Of a stretch of DNA of 64,000 nt, positions 1 to 10,763 are shown one piece after another. How positions within the stretch are numbered: position 1 is the stretch's first letter; every line of letters starts with the position of its first letter. The stretch is from an uncultured Muribaculaceae bacterium. GTDB taxonomy: Bacteria; Bacillota_I; Bacilli_A; RF39; UBA660. The notes under the pieces are model-generated. The model was not told the origin of the DNA, made no database searches, and worked only from the letters and a program-made list of their open reading frames with translations. Both the position numbers and the translations under genes were made by a program. The stretch is from the NCBI GenBank assembly GCA_964369865.1, contig CAYJFL010000001.1, positions 772-64,771 of the forward strand, read 5' to 3'.

Positions 1-3000
1 ACACGGTTATCTAATTTTTCACCAGTACGTCCATCATATAAATCTTCTTTACCATCAGGTGAAACTCCTGCTTCGCTTAAAGCTTCAACAATTTCATCTT
101 TTTTAGCTCCATCAAATACTGGAGTTGCTACATGAATATTTAAGAATTTAGCAGCATAACCTAAATGCATCTCTAATATTTGTCCAACATTCATACGAGA
201 TGGTACCCCTAATGGGTTAAGAATAATATCTACCGGTGTTCCATCACTTAAATATGGCATATCTTCTTCAGGTAAGATAAGAGAAATAACCCCTTTATTA
301 CCATGACGTCCAGCCATTTTATCTCCAACGCTTATTTTACGTTTTTGTGCAATGTAAACACGAATTAATTTTGATACACCAGCTGGAAGTTCATCACTGT
401 TTTCTTTAGTATATACTTTAACATCATGAACAATACCTCCACCTCCATGTGGAACACGAAGAGATGTATCTCTAACTTCACGAGTTTTTTCTCCAAAGAT
501 AGCATGTAACAATTTTTCTTCACTAGTAAGTTCAGCCATTCCTTTAGGAGTAACTTTACCAATTAATATATCATCATCTTTAACTTCAGTACCGATACGA
601 ATAATACCATTTTCATCTAAATTTTTACGTGCTTCCTCACTTACATTTGGAATATCACGAGTAAATTCTTCTGGTCCTAATTTAGTATCACGACATTCAG
701 TTGAATATAATTCTAAGTGGATTGATGTATACACATCATCTTTAACTAAACGCTCATTTAAAATGATCGCATCCTCGTAGTTATATCCATTGTAGTTCAT
801 AAACGCTACTGTACAGTTTTTACCAAGTGCAATTTCACCTAAATCTGTAGAAGGTCCATCACAAATAGTAGTTCCTCTAGTAACTTTATCCCCTACTTTA
901 ACAATAGGAATTTGGTGGTAACAAGTACCAGCATTACTACGTTCAAAATTAGTCAAGTAGTATGTATCTACTCCACCTTTAGTTTTTATTAAAATTTTAC
1001 GGCTATCTACATATTCAACAATACCGTCAGCTTTAGCAGTAATAACTGCTCCACTATCTTTAGCTGCAATAGCTTCAACACCAGTTCCTACTAAAGGAGC
1101 TTCAGTTTTTAAAAGTGGAATTGCTTGACGTTGCATGTTTGAACCCATAACCACACGTTTACCATCATCATGCTCCAAAAAAGGCACGGCACTACTTGTA
1201 ATAGATACAAGTTGTTGTGGTGAAACATCTATAAAGTCTATTTGTTCTTTATTTATCATTATAGTTTCCCCGTGATTACGAGCAGGTACTTTTTCATCCA
1301 CTACAACATTATCAACAATGTTAATTGTAGCTTGTGAAATATAGTAATTTAACTCTTCATCAGCAGTCATGTAAACTATATCATCAGTTAAAACACAATT
1401 ATTTACTTTACGATATGGAGTCATAATAAATCCATATTCATTTACTCTAGCATAACTAGATAATGACGAAATAAGTCCAACGTTTGGTCCCTCTGGAGAC
1501 TCAACAGGACATAATCTTCCATAGTGAGATGCATTAACGTCACGTACTTCAATTCCAGCACGATCACGAGAAAGTCCACCTGGCCCTAAAGAAGAAAGAC
1601 GTCTTTTATCTGTAAGCTCAGCTAATGGATTTGTTTGATCCATGAATTTTGATAACTGACTACTACCAAAGAATTCTTTAATACTAGCAGTTAAAGGTCT
1701 AATGTTAATTAAAGTTTTTGGTGTTACTTCAGTAATATCTTGTGTACTCATACGATCACGAATAACACGTTCAATACGACTAATACCAATTCTAAATTGA
1801 TTTTGAACTAATTCACCAACTTGACGAACACGACGGTTAGATAAGTGATCAATTTCATCAAAATTTCCTACACCTTCAAGTAAATTTAAGTAATAAGATA
1901 CAGCTGAATAAACATCACTAATAGTTAAACGACGTTCATTACCAGTAATATCATTACCAATTACTTTTACAACTTTATCAGGAGTAACATTTGAATAAAC
2001 TTTAATCATTTGTACTTTATTATAAGTATCTAAATCTCCATTAATTAATACTTCACGTACCCCATATCCACCTTCAATAGCAGGTCTAATAGTTTCTAAT
2101 ACTTCTTTATCAATTAAAGTACCTTCTTCAGCTAATACTTTTCCATCAAATTTAATAGTTTCAGCTAAACGACAACCAAATAAACGTTCCATAATATGTA
2201 ACTTTTTATTATATTTGTAACGTCCAACTTTAGCTATATCATAACGGAACGGATCAAAAAATTTCGCAACTAATTGATTCTTAGCACTTTCTAAAGTAGA
2301 AGGTTCCCCTGGTCTTAATTTAGAATGAATATCAAGTAATGCTTCATCTAAATTTTTAGTAGTATCTTTAACTATACTTCTTTCAATAAATGGATCTTGT
2401 CCAAATAAATCAAAAATATCTTCATCACTAGATAACCCAAGTGAACGAAGTAACGTTGTAACCGGTACTTTTCTAGCACGATCAATACGTACATACATAA
2501 CATCACGAGCATCAGTTTCAAACTCTAAATATGCTCCTCTGTTAGGTATAATTTGACTTGTTACAACAGTTCTACCATTTTTATCTATTTCATGACCGAA
2601 ATAAACACTTGGTGAACGAACTAATTGTGATACAATAACACGTTCTGCTCCATTTATAATAAATGTTCCAGAATCAGTCATTATAGGCATATCCCCTAAA
2701 AATATCTCTTGTTCTTTTACTTCTCCAGTTTCACCATTAAAAAGTCTTGCTTCAACTTTTAATGGAGCTGAAAACGTTGCTTGTTTTTCTTTACACTCTT
2801 TTACAGTATATTTTGGTACGTCAAAAGAATATTCATCAAACTCTAAAGTTAATTTCCCATCAAAACTTACAACAGGAAAAATATCTTTAAATACTTCACG
2901 AATTCCTTCAGATGTGAACCAATCATAACTACTTTTTTGGATTTCAAGTAAGTTCCCTAATTCAATCGCATTTTTTGTTTTTGCGTAACTACGTCTCTCA

Positions 3001-3032
3001 CGGTGTCCACTTTTCATAACAGTATAAGCCAT
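1..3032 (-). CDS. rpoB: DNA-directed RNA polymerase beta subunit, partial: C-terminal end lies beyond the window start; start codon at 3030-3032
   Basis: Manual minus-strand translation gives [39 protein letters not shown]... then the typical RpoB core (rifampicin-cluster region [12 protein letters not shown]-terminal [17 protein letters not shown]). It is absent from the ORF track because it runs off the window. It sits downstream of rplL, as expected. Confidence 0.95.
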   Translation of the reverse strand, partial: MAYTVMKSGHRERRSYAKTKNAIELGNLLEIQKSSYDWFTSEGIREVFKDIFPVVSFDGKLTLEFDEYSFDVPKYTVKECKEKQATFSAPLKVEARLFNGETGEVKEQEIFLGDMPIMTDSGTFIINGAERVIVSQLVRSPSVYFGHEIDKNGRTVVTSQIIPNRGAYLEFETDARDVMYVRIDRARKVPVTTLLRSLGLSSDEDIFDLFGQDPFIERSIVKDTTKNLDEALLDIHSKLRPGEPSTLESAKNQLVAKFFDPFRYDIAKVGRYKYNKKLHIMERLFGCRLAETIKFDGKVLAEEGTLIDKEVLETIRPAIEGGYGVREVLINGDLDTYNKVQMIKVYSNVTPDKVVKVIGNDITGNERRLTISDVYSAVSYYLNLLEGVGNFDEIDHLSNRRVRQVGELVQNQFRIGISRIERVIRDRMSTQDITEVTPKTLINIRPLTASIKEFFGSSQLSKFMDQTNPLAELTDKRRLSSLGPGGLSRDRAGIEVRDVNASHYGRLCPVESPEGPNVGLISSLSSYARVNEYGFIMTPYRKVNNCVLTDDIVYMTADEELNYYISQATINIVDNVVVDEKVPARNHGETIMINKEQIDFIDVSPQQLVSITSSAVPFLEHDDGKRVVMGSNMQRQAIPLLKTEAPLVGTGVEAIAAKDSGAVITAKADGIVEYVDSRKILIKTKGGVDTYYLTNFERSNAGTCYHQIPIVKVGDKVTRGTTICDGPSTDLGEIALGKNCTVAFMNYNGYNYEDAIILNERLVKDDVYTSIHLELYSTECRDTKLGPEEFTRDIPNVSEEARKNLDENGIIRIGTEVKDDDILIGKVTPKGMAELTSEEKLLHAIFGEKTREVRDTSLRVPHGGGGIVHDVKVYTKENSDELPAGVSKLIRVYIAQKRKISVGDKMAGRHGNKGVISLILPEEDMPYLSDGTPVDIILNPLGVPSRMNVGQILEMHLGYAAKFLNIHVATPVFDGAKKDEIVEALSEAGVSPDGKEDLYDGRTGEKLDNR

Positions 3033-3134
3033 TCATTCACCCCTATTAACTATATTTAAACAACAAATTGCACGCTTAAAATAAAAAGCATGCCGTCAAT
3101 TTATAATTTTAACACAACTATGTAAAGTTGTCAA

Positions 3135-3719
3135 TTATTTACAACAGCGAACTATAAAAAAACCTTTATGCTTTTTTATTATTTCAACTTGATATATTTT
3201 CTCAAGTTCTTTCACTGTACTCTTAGCACCATGGTTTTTATTTATTACAAACCATAGTTCCCCATTTTCATTCAAGTATTTAATACTAGAAAATAAAAGC
3301 TCATATAATATTTTCTTCCCAACTTTAATAGGAGGGTTTGTAATGATGTAATCATATTTCTTAGTAATATTTTCATAACCATTACTAATAAAAATATTTA
3401 CATCAACCTTATTATCTTTAGCATTTATCTTACTTAAATTTAATGCTCTATCATTAATATCAACCATATCAACTAAAGCATTTGTGTTTGACTTTATAAA
3501 TATACCGACGGGCCCATATCCACAACCTAAGTCAAGAACATTCCCATCAATAGTATTTATCGGTATAGTTTCAAGTAAAGTCCTAGTCCCAAAATCTAAT
3601 CCATCTTTTGAAAAGACTCCGTTATCAGTCTTAAATAAATATTCTTTATCATTAATAACTGCTCTAGACTTCTTGATATCACTTTTTAAATTTTTATCAT
3701 TAGTAAAATAGTGACTCAT
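3135..3719 (-). CDS. Class I SAM-dependent methyltransferase (YbxB/RsmC-like small RNA methyltransferase)
   Basis: ORF 3135..3740 carries the SAM-binding motif VLDLGCGYGPVG and the N-methyltransferase motif ITNPP. It lies between rplL and rpoB, as ybxB does in Bacillus. The likely start is the internal Met (MSHYF), which has an AAGGAG SD 6 nt upstream. Confidence 0.75.
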   Translation of the reverse strand: MSHYFTNDKNLKSDIKKSRAVINDKEYLFKTDNGVFSKDGLDFGTRTLLETIPINTIDGNVLDLGCGYGPVGIFIKSNTNALVDMVDINDRALNLSKINAKDNKVDVNIFISNGYENITKKYDYIITNPPIKVGKKILYELLFSSIKYLNENGELWFVINKNHGAKSTVKELEKIYQVEIIKKHKGFFIVRCCK

Positions 3720-3791
3720 AACTTCTCCTTCATTATACACTGAAAGCCCATACTAATATTTAGTATAGGCTGCCAGTAATTTAAATTAAAA

Positions 3792-4154
3792 TTATTTAAT
3801 TTCGATAGTAGCTCCAGCTTCTTCGAATTTAGCTTTTAATTCGTTAGCTTCATCACTATTGTAGTTTTCTTTAATGTTTCCACCGTTATCAGCTAAATCT
3901 TTAGCTTCTTTAAGTCCTAAACCAGTTACTTCTTTAATTAATTTAATAACTGCTAATTTGTTAGCTCCTGGTGCAGTTAATACAACATTAACTGTAGTAG
4001 GTCCAGTTTCAACAGCAGCAGCTGGTGCAGCAACTGCAACACTTGATGGATCAACACCAAATTTTTCTTTCATTCCTTCAACTAATTCGTTTAATTCTAG
4101 GATAGTCATTCCTTCAATAGCGTTTAAAATTTCTTCATTTGTTAATTTTGCCAT
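3792..4154 (-). CDS. rplL: 50S ribosomal protein L7/L12
   Basis: 120 aa, MAKLTNEEILNAIEGMTILELNELVEGMKEKFGV... with a canonical Ala/Glu-rich hinge and C-terminal domain. Confidence 0.95.
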   Translation of the reverse strand: MAKLTNEEILNAIEGMTILELNELVEGMKEKFGVDPSSVAVAAPAAAVETGPTTVNVVLTAPGANKLAVIKLIKEVTGLGLKEAKDLADNGGNIKENYNSDEANELKAKFEEAGATIEIK

Positions 4155-4177
4155 AATTTTTCTCCTCCTTATAATAA

Positions 4178-4675
4178 TTAATTACTTTCTTCTAAATTTT
4201 TCTTATGTAAGTCTACACAAATTGCAAAGTCTTTCACTGGACTCATTAAACCAGCAGCAAACATTGTAAGTAATGTATCTCTTGATGGGATGTTCGCGTA
4301 TTTTGTTAATAATTCAATATCAGCGATTTCATCTCCGATTTTTCCAACTTTCATTTGTAATGCATCGTGTGTTTTTGCAAACTCACTTAACACTCTAATT
4401 GGAGCAACTGCGTCAGTTCCGAATGCTAATGCTTTTGGACCAACTAATTCTTCATCCACGTTAATGTTTAAAGAATTAAGTGCAATTTTAGTTAATGTGT
4501 TTTTGTATACTTTAAGTTCAGAACCAGATTCTTTTAAAGCTTTTCTTAATTCTGTCATTTCAGCAACTGTTAATCCTTGGTATTCGAATACTACGAATGT
4601 TTCGCTAGCTTCAACTTTACCAACAATTTCATTAACAACTTCTTTTTTTGCTTCTAATATTTTCGTACTTGCCAT
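4178..4675 (-). CDS. rplJ: 50S ribosomal protein L10 (start probably MASTKILEAKK; the ORF extends to 4693)
   Basis: Direct homology pattern to L10, position upstream of rplL, and the conserved rplJL pairing. Confidence 0.92.
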   Translation of the reverse strand: MASTKILEAKKEVVNEIVGKVEASETFVVFEYQGLTVAEMTELRKALKESGSELKVYKNTLTKIALNSLNINVDEELVGPKALAFGTDAVAPIRVLSEFAKTHDALQMKVGKIGDEIADIELLTKYANIPSRDTLLTMFAAGLMSPVKDFAICVDLHKKNLEESN

Positions 4676-4693
4676 ACTGCACCTCTCTTCCAT

Positions 4694-4848
4694 GATATAG
4701 TACGTATGAAAAAAGTCCCATAATACGTAACCGTTTAGAGACTTCTGTTTTTTATATCAAACAATTTCCTCGGTAGGATTTATGGTAACCTACTGTCTAC
4801 GGTACTATATACTTTTTTCACAACAAATAAATTATATCATATCAATAA
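4694..4848 (-). promoter_or_regulatory. Candidate ribosomal protein L10 leader (autoregulatory 5' UTR of rplJL)
   Basis: A 155-nt untranslated region between rplA and rplJ is relatively GC-richer than its surroundings (ggtaacc, cggtagg). Firmicutes carry an L10(L12)4-binding leader at exactly this position. The structure was not verified. Confidence 0.4.
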
Positions 4849-5544
4849 TTATTTGTCAAAAACATTTGTATCAAGTTTAATTCCAGGACCCATAGTTGAA
4901 GATATACTTATATTTTTTACATAAGTACCTTTAACGGTGTTAGGTTTACTTTTTAACATTAGTGATACAAAGCTTGTAATATTTTCGATTAATTTTTCAT
5001 CTTCGAAAGATACTTTACCAACTGGTACTGCAACATTTCCGTAAGAATCAGCACGGTATTCAACACGTCCTTTTTTAACATCACTTACAGCTTTAGCAGT
5101 ATCCATAGTTACACTTCCAGTTTTAGGGTTAGGCATTAAACCTTTAGGCCCTAATACTCTACCTAATCTACCTAGTGCAGGCATCATATCTGGAGTTGCG
5201 ATCATTACATCAAAATCAAACCAATTTTCATTAGCGATTTTATCTAGCATATCTTGATCTCCTACATAATCAGCACCAGCTTCAACTGCAGCTTTAGCAG
5301 CATCACCTTTAGCAATAACTAATACTTTTTTCACTTTACCAGTTCCATTAGGAAGAACAGTTGCTCCTCTTAATTGTTGATCAGCTTTACGAGTATCTAA
5401 GTTAAGTCTTAAAACAAGTTCAACTGATGCATCGAAACTAGCTACAGAAGTATCTTTTACTAATTTTACAGCTTCTTCTTTAGAATACATAGTATTTTTA
5501 TCGAATTTTTTAGCTGCTTCTAAATATTTTTTACTTTTCTTCAT
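4849..5544 (-). CDS. rplA: 50S ribosomal protein L1
   Basis: 231 aa, [16 protein letters not shown]... with typical L1 motifs, lying between rplK and rplJ. Confidence 0.95.
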   Translation of the reverse strand: MKKSKKYLEAAKKFDKNTMYSKEEAVKLVKDTSVASFDASVELVLRLNLDTRKADQQLRGATVLPNGTGKVKKVLVIAKGDAAKAAVEAGADYVGDQDMLDKIANENWFDFDVMIATPDMMPALGRLGRVLGPKGLMPNPKTGSVTMDTAKAVSDVKKGRVEYRADSYGNVAVPVGKVSFEDEKLIENITSFVSLMLKSKPNTVKGTYVKNISISSTMGPGIKLDTNVFDK

Positions 5545-5634
5545 TTCATTTACCTCCTTGTGGTTTTACATTCATAGAATGCATTAAAAGCGGATTTAAT
5601 CCTCCCACGGTAGGGAATAATTAATTATTAATTA

Positions 5635-6057
5635 TTAATCAACTATTTCGATACCCATGTTAAGTGCTGTACCAGCTATAATATTCATAGCCGCTTCTAC
5701 ATCATCAGCATTTAAATCAGGTAATTTAGTTTCAGCGATTTCACGTAATTGAGTTTTAGTAAGTTTTCCAACGATCTCGTTTCTTCCTTTACTAGAACCT
5801 TTACTAACACCAGCCGTTTTCTTAATTAAGAATGCAGCAGGTGGAGTTTTAATTACAAACGTGAAACTTCTGTCATCAAAAATTGATATAACAACCGGTA
5901 AAATGTCACCCATTCTATCTCTTGTTGCATCGTTAAATTTTGTACAGAATTCATTTAAGTTAACTCCCGCTGGACCTAACACAGTTCCAACTGGTGGACC
6001 TGGTTGAGCTTTTCCTGCAGGGATTTGTAATTTAATTTCTTTTACTAAGTTTGCCAC
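5635..6057 (-). CDS. rplK: 50S ribosomal protein L11 (probable GTG start giving [17 protein letters not shown]...)
   Basis: [25 protein letters not shown] is the L11 N-terminal signature. GGAGG lies 8 nt upstream of the second GTG. The track ORF 5635..6066 starts at an earlier GTG. Confidence 0.92.
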   Translation of the reverse strand: MANLVKEIKLQIPAGKAQPGPPVGTVLGPAGVNLNEFCTKFNDATRDRMGDILPVVISIFDDRSFTFVIKTPPAAFLIKKTAGVSKGSSKGRNEIVGKLTKTQLREIAETKLPDLNADDVEAAMNIIAGTALNMGIEIVD

Positions 6058-6235
6058 GAAAAACACCTCCTATATTATTTTTTCGCGAGTGGTAAATCGA
6101 GTGTTAAGCCCCGCTTAATTAGCTAACGCACTTTTTCTCTCCCACTTTTGATATCTATATATAAATTTCACATATAGCGAATTAATGATAACACATTTTA
6201 CATTATTTGTAAATATGTTTCGTTTCTTTTAATGA

Positions 6236-6769
6236 TTAAGCTTTTTCAATTTCAGTAACAGTAAGTTCAACTATAGTTTCTTGACCAAACAAATCGATTG
6301 CTACTTCTAAAATTCCTGCTTCTCTATCGTATTCTTTTACTGTACCAAACATACCATTAAATGGTCCATTAATAACTTTTACACTATCTGAAATAGCTAG
6401 TTCACTAGTATCAGTAAATCTACTCATTCCCATTGAACCTAACACTCTATCTACTTCCATAGGTGTTAAAGGGAATGGTTTAGCTCCACGTCCACTTGAA
6501 CCAATAAATCCAGTTACTCCAGGAGTATTACGAACTACGAACCACGCATCATCATTCATAACCATTTCAACTAAGATATAACCTGGGAACATTTTTTTAA
6601 CTTTACTAACTTCTTTACCATCTTTTAATTCAACTTCAGTTTGTTCAGGAACTACTACTCTTAAAATATATTCTTCCATCCCCATACTTGAAGCACGCAT
6701 TTCTAATTTTTCTTTTACTTTATTCTCATGCCCTGAATAAGTATTAACAACATACCATTCTTTTTCCAT
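6236..6769 (-). CDS. nusG: Transcription termination/antitermination factor NusG
   Basis: 177 aa with an NGN domain (WYVVNTYSGHENKV) and a C-terminal KOW motif, lying between secE and rplK. Confidence 0.93.
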   Translation of the reverse strand: MEKEWYVVNTYSGHENKVKEKLEMRASSMGMEEYILRVVVPEQTEVELKDGKEVSKVKKMFPGYILVEMVMNDDAWFVVRNTPGVTGFIGSSGRGAKPFPLTPMEVDRVLGSMGMSRFTDTSELAISDSVKVINGPFNGMFGTVKEYDREAGILEVAIDLFGQETIVELTVTEIEKA

Positions 6770-6779
6770 TATATATCTC

Positions 6780-6959
6780 CTATCCTAATAAACTTGTTAC
6801 ATATGCTAAAACAAAATCTGTTAAACGGAAAAATACCGCTAAAAATATAATAATAACTACAGTTGCAGTTGAATACTTCATCATATTTTTTCTATTAGGG
6901 AATTTTACCTTACGCATTTCACTTTTAACACCGATAAAAAATGAACGAATCTTTTTCAT
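6780..6959 (-). CDS. secE: Preprotein translocase subunit SecE
   Basis: The internal Met of ORF 6780..7031 gives a 59-aa single-TM protein, MKKIRSFFIGVKSEMRKVKFP...VIIIFLAVFF, immediately upstream of nusG. Confidence 0.85.
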   Translation of the reverse strand: MKKIRSFFIGVKSEMRKVKFPNRKNMMKYSTATVVIIIFLAVFFRLTDFVLAYVTSLLG

Positions 6960-7022
6960 ATTTTCACATCCTTTATTATGTGTGTTTTCCAAAATAAAAA
7001 CACTAATCCGTGTCTGATATAA

Positions 7023-7051
7023 ATATACCAAAAAATTAGTATTTTGTCAAT
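7023..7051 (-). promoter_or_regulatory. Candidate sigma-A promoter for secE-nusG (TTGACA-17-TATATT)
   Basis: On the minus strand, ttgacaaaatactaattttttggtatattt is a perfect -35 with a 17-nt spacer and a near-consensus -10, about 60 nt upstream of secE. Confidence 0.4.
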
Positions 7052-7232
7052 ATATTATATTGTATCAAAAAGCAATACTTTTGCAGTATTACTTATCTAT
7101 AATAAACAAGGAATATCTTTAAATCAAAAGTAAAGTTTAAAACTTGTCAAAGGAATATCTTTTTCTATCATTTCACATATATATCTCTCTACTCTACATT
7201 AATAACATCTCTTAAATATAATTTTTTTCAAA

Positions 7233-7263
7233 TAAAAAAAGAATAGTTAGCAACTATTCTTTT
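7233..7263 (-). terminator. Rho-independent terminator downstream of the yihY-like gene
   Basis: Inverted repeat gaatagttagcaactattc is followed by a U-run on the minus-strand transcript. Confidence 0.6.
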
Positions 7264-7361
7264 TACCTTAAATTATTATAAAATAAATTTACAATAAGTA
7301 GTCTATATTGAGGATATATAAGGTACTATATCCATTATTATTATAACTAAATTTTAAATTG

Positions 7362-8180
7362 TTATTCAGATTGTTTTTTTATATCTTCAATCATATGATA
7401 AACATTAGAATTAATAGCTATACCAATTACAATTATATATGAAAGTATATATACCCATATCATAAATGACGCTATATTAGATAACCCTCCATAAAAAATA
7501 TCATATGAAGCAAAAAGTTCAATGTATAAAGAGTATATTGCAGTTACTAAAGTTACTCCAATTGTAGTGAATATTGCTCCTTTAGTAAAAAACTTACTAG
7601 CAATTTTTTTTGTTGGTGAAATAACATAAATAATTTTCATTGTAATAAAAATTATCGCAAAAGTTATTGGCCATTTTAAGAATGTGAATAAATAATAGTA
7701 GTGGTTAGAATTACTATTAAAGATATATCCAGCAATATCATTACCGAAGGCCAACACTATTAATATTATCAATATTAATGTTATTAATAAAATTGTAACA
7801 AATATAGATTTAATTCTCATTGTAAGAAAATCTTCTTTTTTTATTTTAAATAATGTATTAGTTGCTACTATTATTGAATAAGATCCATTACTTGCTATTA
7901 TAAACCCAAATAACATGAATAAGGCTATATTCATATCAAAACTATTTCCTCCAATAAATGGAATCAACAAACTGCTAAATTCATTCGGAAGATTATCATT
8001 TAAAAATTCTATTAAACTTTCCATTGAAATCGAAAAAAACGACCCTACAACTCCTACTAAACTTAAAATAGGTATTATTGATAAAACTAAGAAGAAAGCT
8101 AAATTACCAGGTAGAAAACTCATCTCTTCACGTCGAATAATTTTCCATAAATTTTTACTTTTAATTTTAATTCTCTTCAT
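7362..8180 (-). CDS. YihY/BrkB family membrane protein
   Basis: 272 aa, polytopic; MSFLPGNLAFFLVLSIIPILSL... is typical of the YihY/BrkB (RNase BN-like) family. Confidence 0.7.
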   Translation of the reverse strand: MKRIKIKSKNLWKIIRREEMSFLPGNLAFFLVLSIIPILSLVGVVGSFFSISMESLIEFLNDNLPNEFSSLLIPFIGGNSFDMNIALFMLFGFIIASNGSYSIIVATNTLFKIKKEDFLTMRIKSIFVTILLITLILIILIVLAFGNDIAGYIFNSNSNHYYYLFTFLKWPITFAIIFITMKIIYVISPTKKIASKFFTKGAIFTTIGVTLVTAIYSLYIELFASYDIFYGGLSNIASFMIWVYILSYIIVIGIAINSNVYHMIEDIKKQSE

Positions 8181-8213
8181 ATCTTACCTCACTAAAGAGT
8201 AGCATAAGCTACT

Positions 8214-10259
8214 CTAACTGTTTAATTCTTCTTTATTGTTTCTCATATCTAAAGTTGCTTCATTAACAGCATCATCAATAGTTTTAATCGCATCATTAAT
8301 CATACTATAACCAACTGCTGCACCATAATTATGTGTTAAATCTTTCATTTCTTTGTTAAGTTTTCTAATATAAGCAATAACTTGTTTTTCACTGTGGCCT
8401 ACTAAGTAAATTAAAAACTCGTTACCATTAGATCTAATAATTTCACTATTTTCTATTTGAGTTGTAATTAACTTATTAGCTGCTTCTTCAATAATTTTAT
8501 CACCCTCACCATGACCAAAATTATCATTTATATAAGCTATATTATTTAAATCAACTATAACAATAGATTGTGGATAAACTTCACTATTATCCCATTTGTC
8601 AATATTATCGTTTAAAAATGCTCTGTTTTTTAATGACGTTAAACTATCTATATATTTTAATTTATCAGCTTTACTAACAGCTGGACCAGCATCTTTTATT
8701 TCTTGATATTTTTTAATACCTAAATATCCTAGTCCAATAATTATCGCAGCAAGTATAGCAACAATAATATTTTTATAAATAGTTGGTTTATTTCCTAAAC
8801 TAATTAATGTATGTACATTCTTATTAACCGTATTATCATCATTAATCATTGAAATATAAAAGTCAAAGTATTTCATAAATAATTCGTTGTCGTTTATATC
8901 TCTAATTACATAACCATCATAATCATAATCTGCAATAAAATTAACACTCATACTCGATAATGAATTGTGTTTATAGTATTGATAATTATTCATATCAATT
9001 ACTAAATAATCACCTTTATTTTTATTTCTAATAGCACTCTCTATATTGTTATAAGATATAACTTCAATATTTAAGTCTTTTAAAGTAGTTTCTATATCAC
9101 TATTTTTAACAGTTACCACTTTACTACCAATCAGTGACATTAAGCTATTAGCTTCTAACTTATCTTTATAATCACTAAGTACAACTATATCTTGTTCTGT
9201 AGTTTGTACTGTATTATAAACATCAGTTTTATATTCAACATTGTAAACATCATCATAGAAGAAATCTATTTCATTACTATTAAATGCATTAACTAACTCT
9301 TCATAAGTATCATAAGATGCATATTTAATATCTACTTGAGCAGTGTTTTTGAAATTATTAACTTGATTAATATTGTAACCGTATAATTTAGTTTCTATAT
9401 TAGTTATATAAGGAACACTCTCTACATATCCAAAAATATAACTTTTACTAACGAATGAACTCTTAACTTCTTCACTTACATTAGCATTTGCTAAATACGT
9501 ATTATTAATATTAGCCATAAAAGATTCTTTGAAATCATCTTTAACCCATTTATTAACATATTTAGTTATTATTGTATTAAACTTTTCATCAGCACCTAAT
9601 GTAATTACATAATAATTTTTTAAAGAATCAATATTATAATTAACATATAAACCACCTTGTTTTACAATAGAATCTAAATATAACATTTTAGGAATACTAA
9701 TTGCATTAACAGTATCTTCATAAACTGCTTTTACAAGTTCTTCTAATGTATCAAAAGTTTGAAATTTAACATTATTAGTAGCAGCCAAATGATTTTCCAC
9801 TTGTTCTAAATCACTTTTTAAAACACCTACTGTAATATTTTTAATATCACCGTTATTAATATAAGTTACATTATTTTTACTAAATAATGCATAATTATCT
9901 GTATATAAAAGTAAATCTTCTTCTGAAAGTGTATCAGTAATTTTAAATGCATACTCTAATGCATCACTATCTTTAGAAATCGGTACTTCATTTATTTCTA
10001 AATTAGTACTAGTTTCAAATTCAGTAATAAAATCAAAAACTACCCCACTACCAGATTTAGTAAAAATAGGCACATTAGTGTTTACAGAAACATCATATAC
10101 ATTATTTTTATTACTTTCTATCCATTGCTTTTCTGCCAAAGTCAAAGTTGATTCAGCATCTTCTTTTATAAAATAATTGTAAATAGCAAAACCAATTATT
10201 GATATTACTATTGTTGCTACAACTACTTTAATTATTGTATTTTTTTTCATAAAATCCAC
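8214..10259 (-). CDS. Membrane sensor protein with a large extracytoplasmic domain and a C-terminal GGDEF domain carrying a degenerate active-site motif (RSNGNEF)
   Basis: N-terminal TM, about 480 aa exterior region, second TM (IIVAILAAIIIGLGYLGI), then a GGDEF fold (DLNNIAYINDNFGHGEGDKII ... RSNGNEF ... GAAVGYS). Confidence 0.7.
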   Translation of the reverse strand: MDFMKKNTIIKVVVATIVISIIGFAIYNYFIKEDAESTLTLAEKQWIESNKNNVYDVSVNTNVPIFTKSGSGVVFDFITEFETSTNLEINEVPISKDSDALEYAFKITDTLSEEDLLLYTDNYALFSKNNVTYINNGDIKNITVGVLKSDLEQVENHLAATNNVKFQTFDTLEELVKAVYEDTVNAISIPKMLYLDSIVKQGGLYVNYNIDSLKNYYVITLGADEKFNTIITKYVNKWVKDDFKESFMANINNTYLANANVSEEVKSSFVSKSYIFGYVESVPYITNIETKLYGYNINQVNNFKNTAQVDIKYASYDTYEELVNAFNSNEIDFFYDDVYNVEYKTDVYNTVQTTEQDIVVLSDYKDKLEANSLMSLIGSKVVTVKNSDIETTLKDLNIEVISYNNIESAIRNKNKGDYLVIDMNNYQYYKHNSLSSMSVNFIADYDYDGYVIRDINDNELFMKYFDFYISMINDDNTVNKNVHTLISLGNKPTIYKNIIVAILAAIIIGLGYLGIKKYQEIKDAGPAVSKADKLKYIDSLTSLKNRAFLNDNIDKWDNSEVYPQSIVIVDLNNIAYINDNFGHGEGDKIIEEAANKLITTQIENSEIIRSNGNEFLIYLVGHSEKQVIAYIRKLNKEMKDLTHNYGAAVGYSMINDAIKTIDDAVNEATLDMRNNKEELNS

Positions 10260-10263
10260 CTAA

Positions 10264-10716
10264 CTAGTTATTACTCCAAACAATAGTCTCACTATTTCTG
10301 CTTTTATATCCAATATAAGGAAATTCTCCCTCAACTGGATTATTATTAGTCAAAAATATTTGAATATCATATAAACTTTTCTCTTCTTCTGAGAAAGCAT
10401 CTAATACTTTTACAGCATTTTCTTTTGCTCCACTAGCAGCTACACCAGCATTAGCAGTAGCACTTATATTAACTGTTCTACCATTGATAGTTACTGAACT
10501 ATCACTAAATAAATTTGTGTCTGTTAAAATTTTTGAAATTTCATCTTTTGTTTTAGTTGCTATTTCAACATTTTCTAATTCTACTAATCTGTCACCATAT
10601 TTATCTTCATTAAACATTGGCATTAAAAAGAATATTACGAACAGCGCTAATAATATTAGTATAATTACTATTAAAGCGATTATACCTATTTTCCCTTTTG
10701 TTAACTTTTTCATCAT
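10264..10716 (-). CDS. Hypothetical small membrane-anchored/secreted protein
   Basis: 150 aa with an N-terminal TM helix. Likely co-transcribed with the GGDEF sensor (4-nt gap). No recognisable motif. Confidence 0.5.
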   Translation of the reverse strand: MMKKLTKGKIGIIALIVIILILLALFVIFFLMPMFNEDKYGDRLVELENVEIATKTKDEISKILTDTNLFSDSSVTINGRTVNISATANAGVAASGAKENAVKVLDAFSEEEKSLYDIQIFLTNNNPVEGEFPYIGYKSRNSETIVWSNN

Positions 10717-10763
10717 TCACCTCTAACTTCACAATTATACTATAAATTGTGTATTTTTCCAAA

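Noticed and set aside
3484-4700. Track ORFs antisense to or overlapping real genes in this stretch: 3484..3711 +, 3874..4269 +, 4290..4700 +. The same applies elsewhere to 365..562, 7915..8202, 10484..10726, 21742..22026, 26003..26209, 29407..29604, 31019..31210, 31343..31813, 37827..38036, 38625..38807, 40047..40229, 40757..41053, 41693..41875, 42924..43172, 44453..44659, 52484..52696, 54359..54664, 56312..56551, 57371..57565, 57695..57931, 57862..58071, 58137..58325 and 59295..59495
   Set aside because: They lie fully inside well-supported genes on the opposite strand or in another frame. They have low-complexity AT-codon composition (Phe/Ile/Leu/Asn/Lys) and no RBS. These are typical spurious ORFs in AT-rich DNA.
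7032-7361. Expected rpmG (L33) and tRNA genes upstream of secE
   Set aside because: No Cys-containing L33-like ORF and no GC-rich cloverleaf-like segment could be found. The region instead holds a promoter-like TTGACA-17-TATATT and the terminator of the neighbouring gene.
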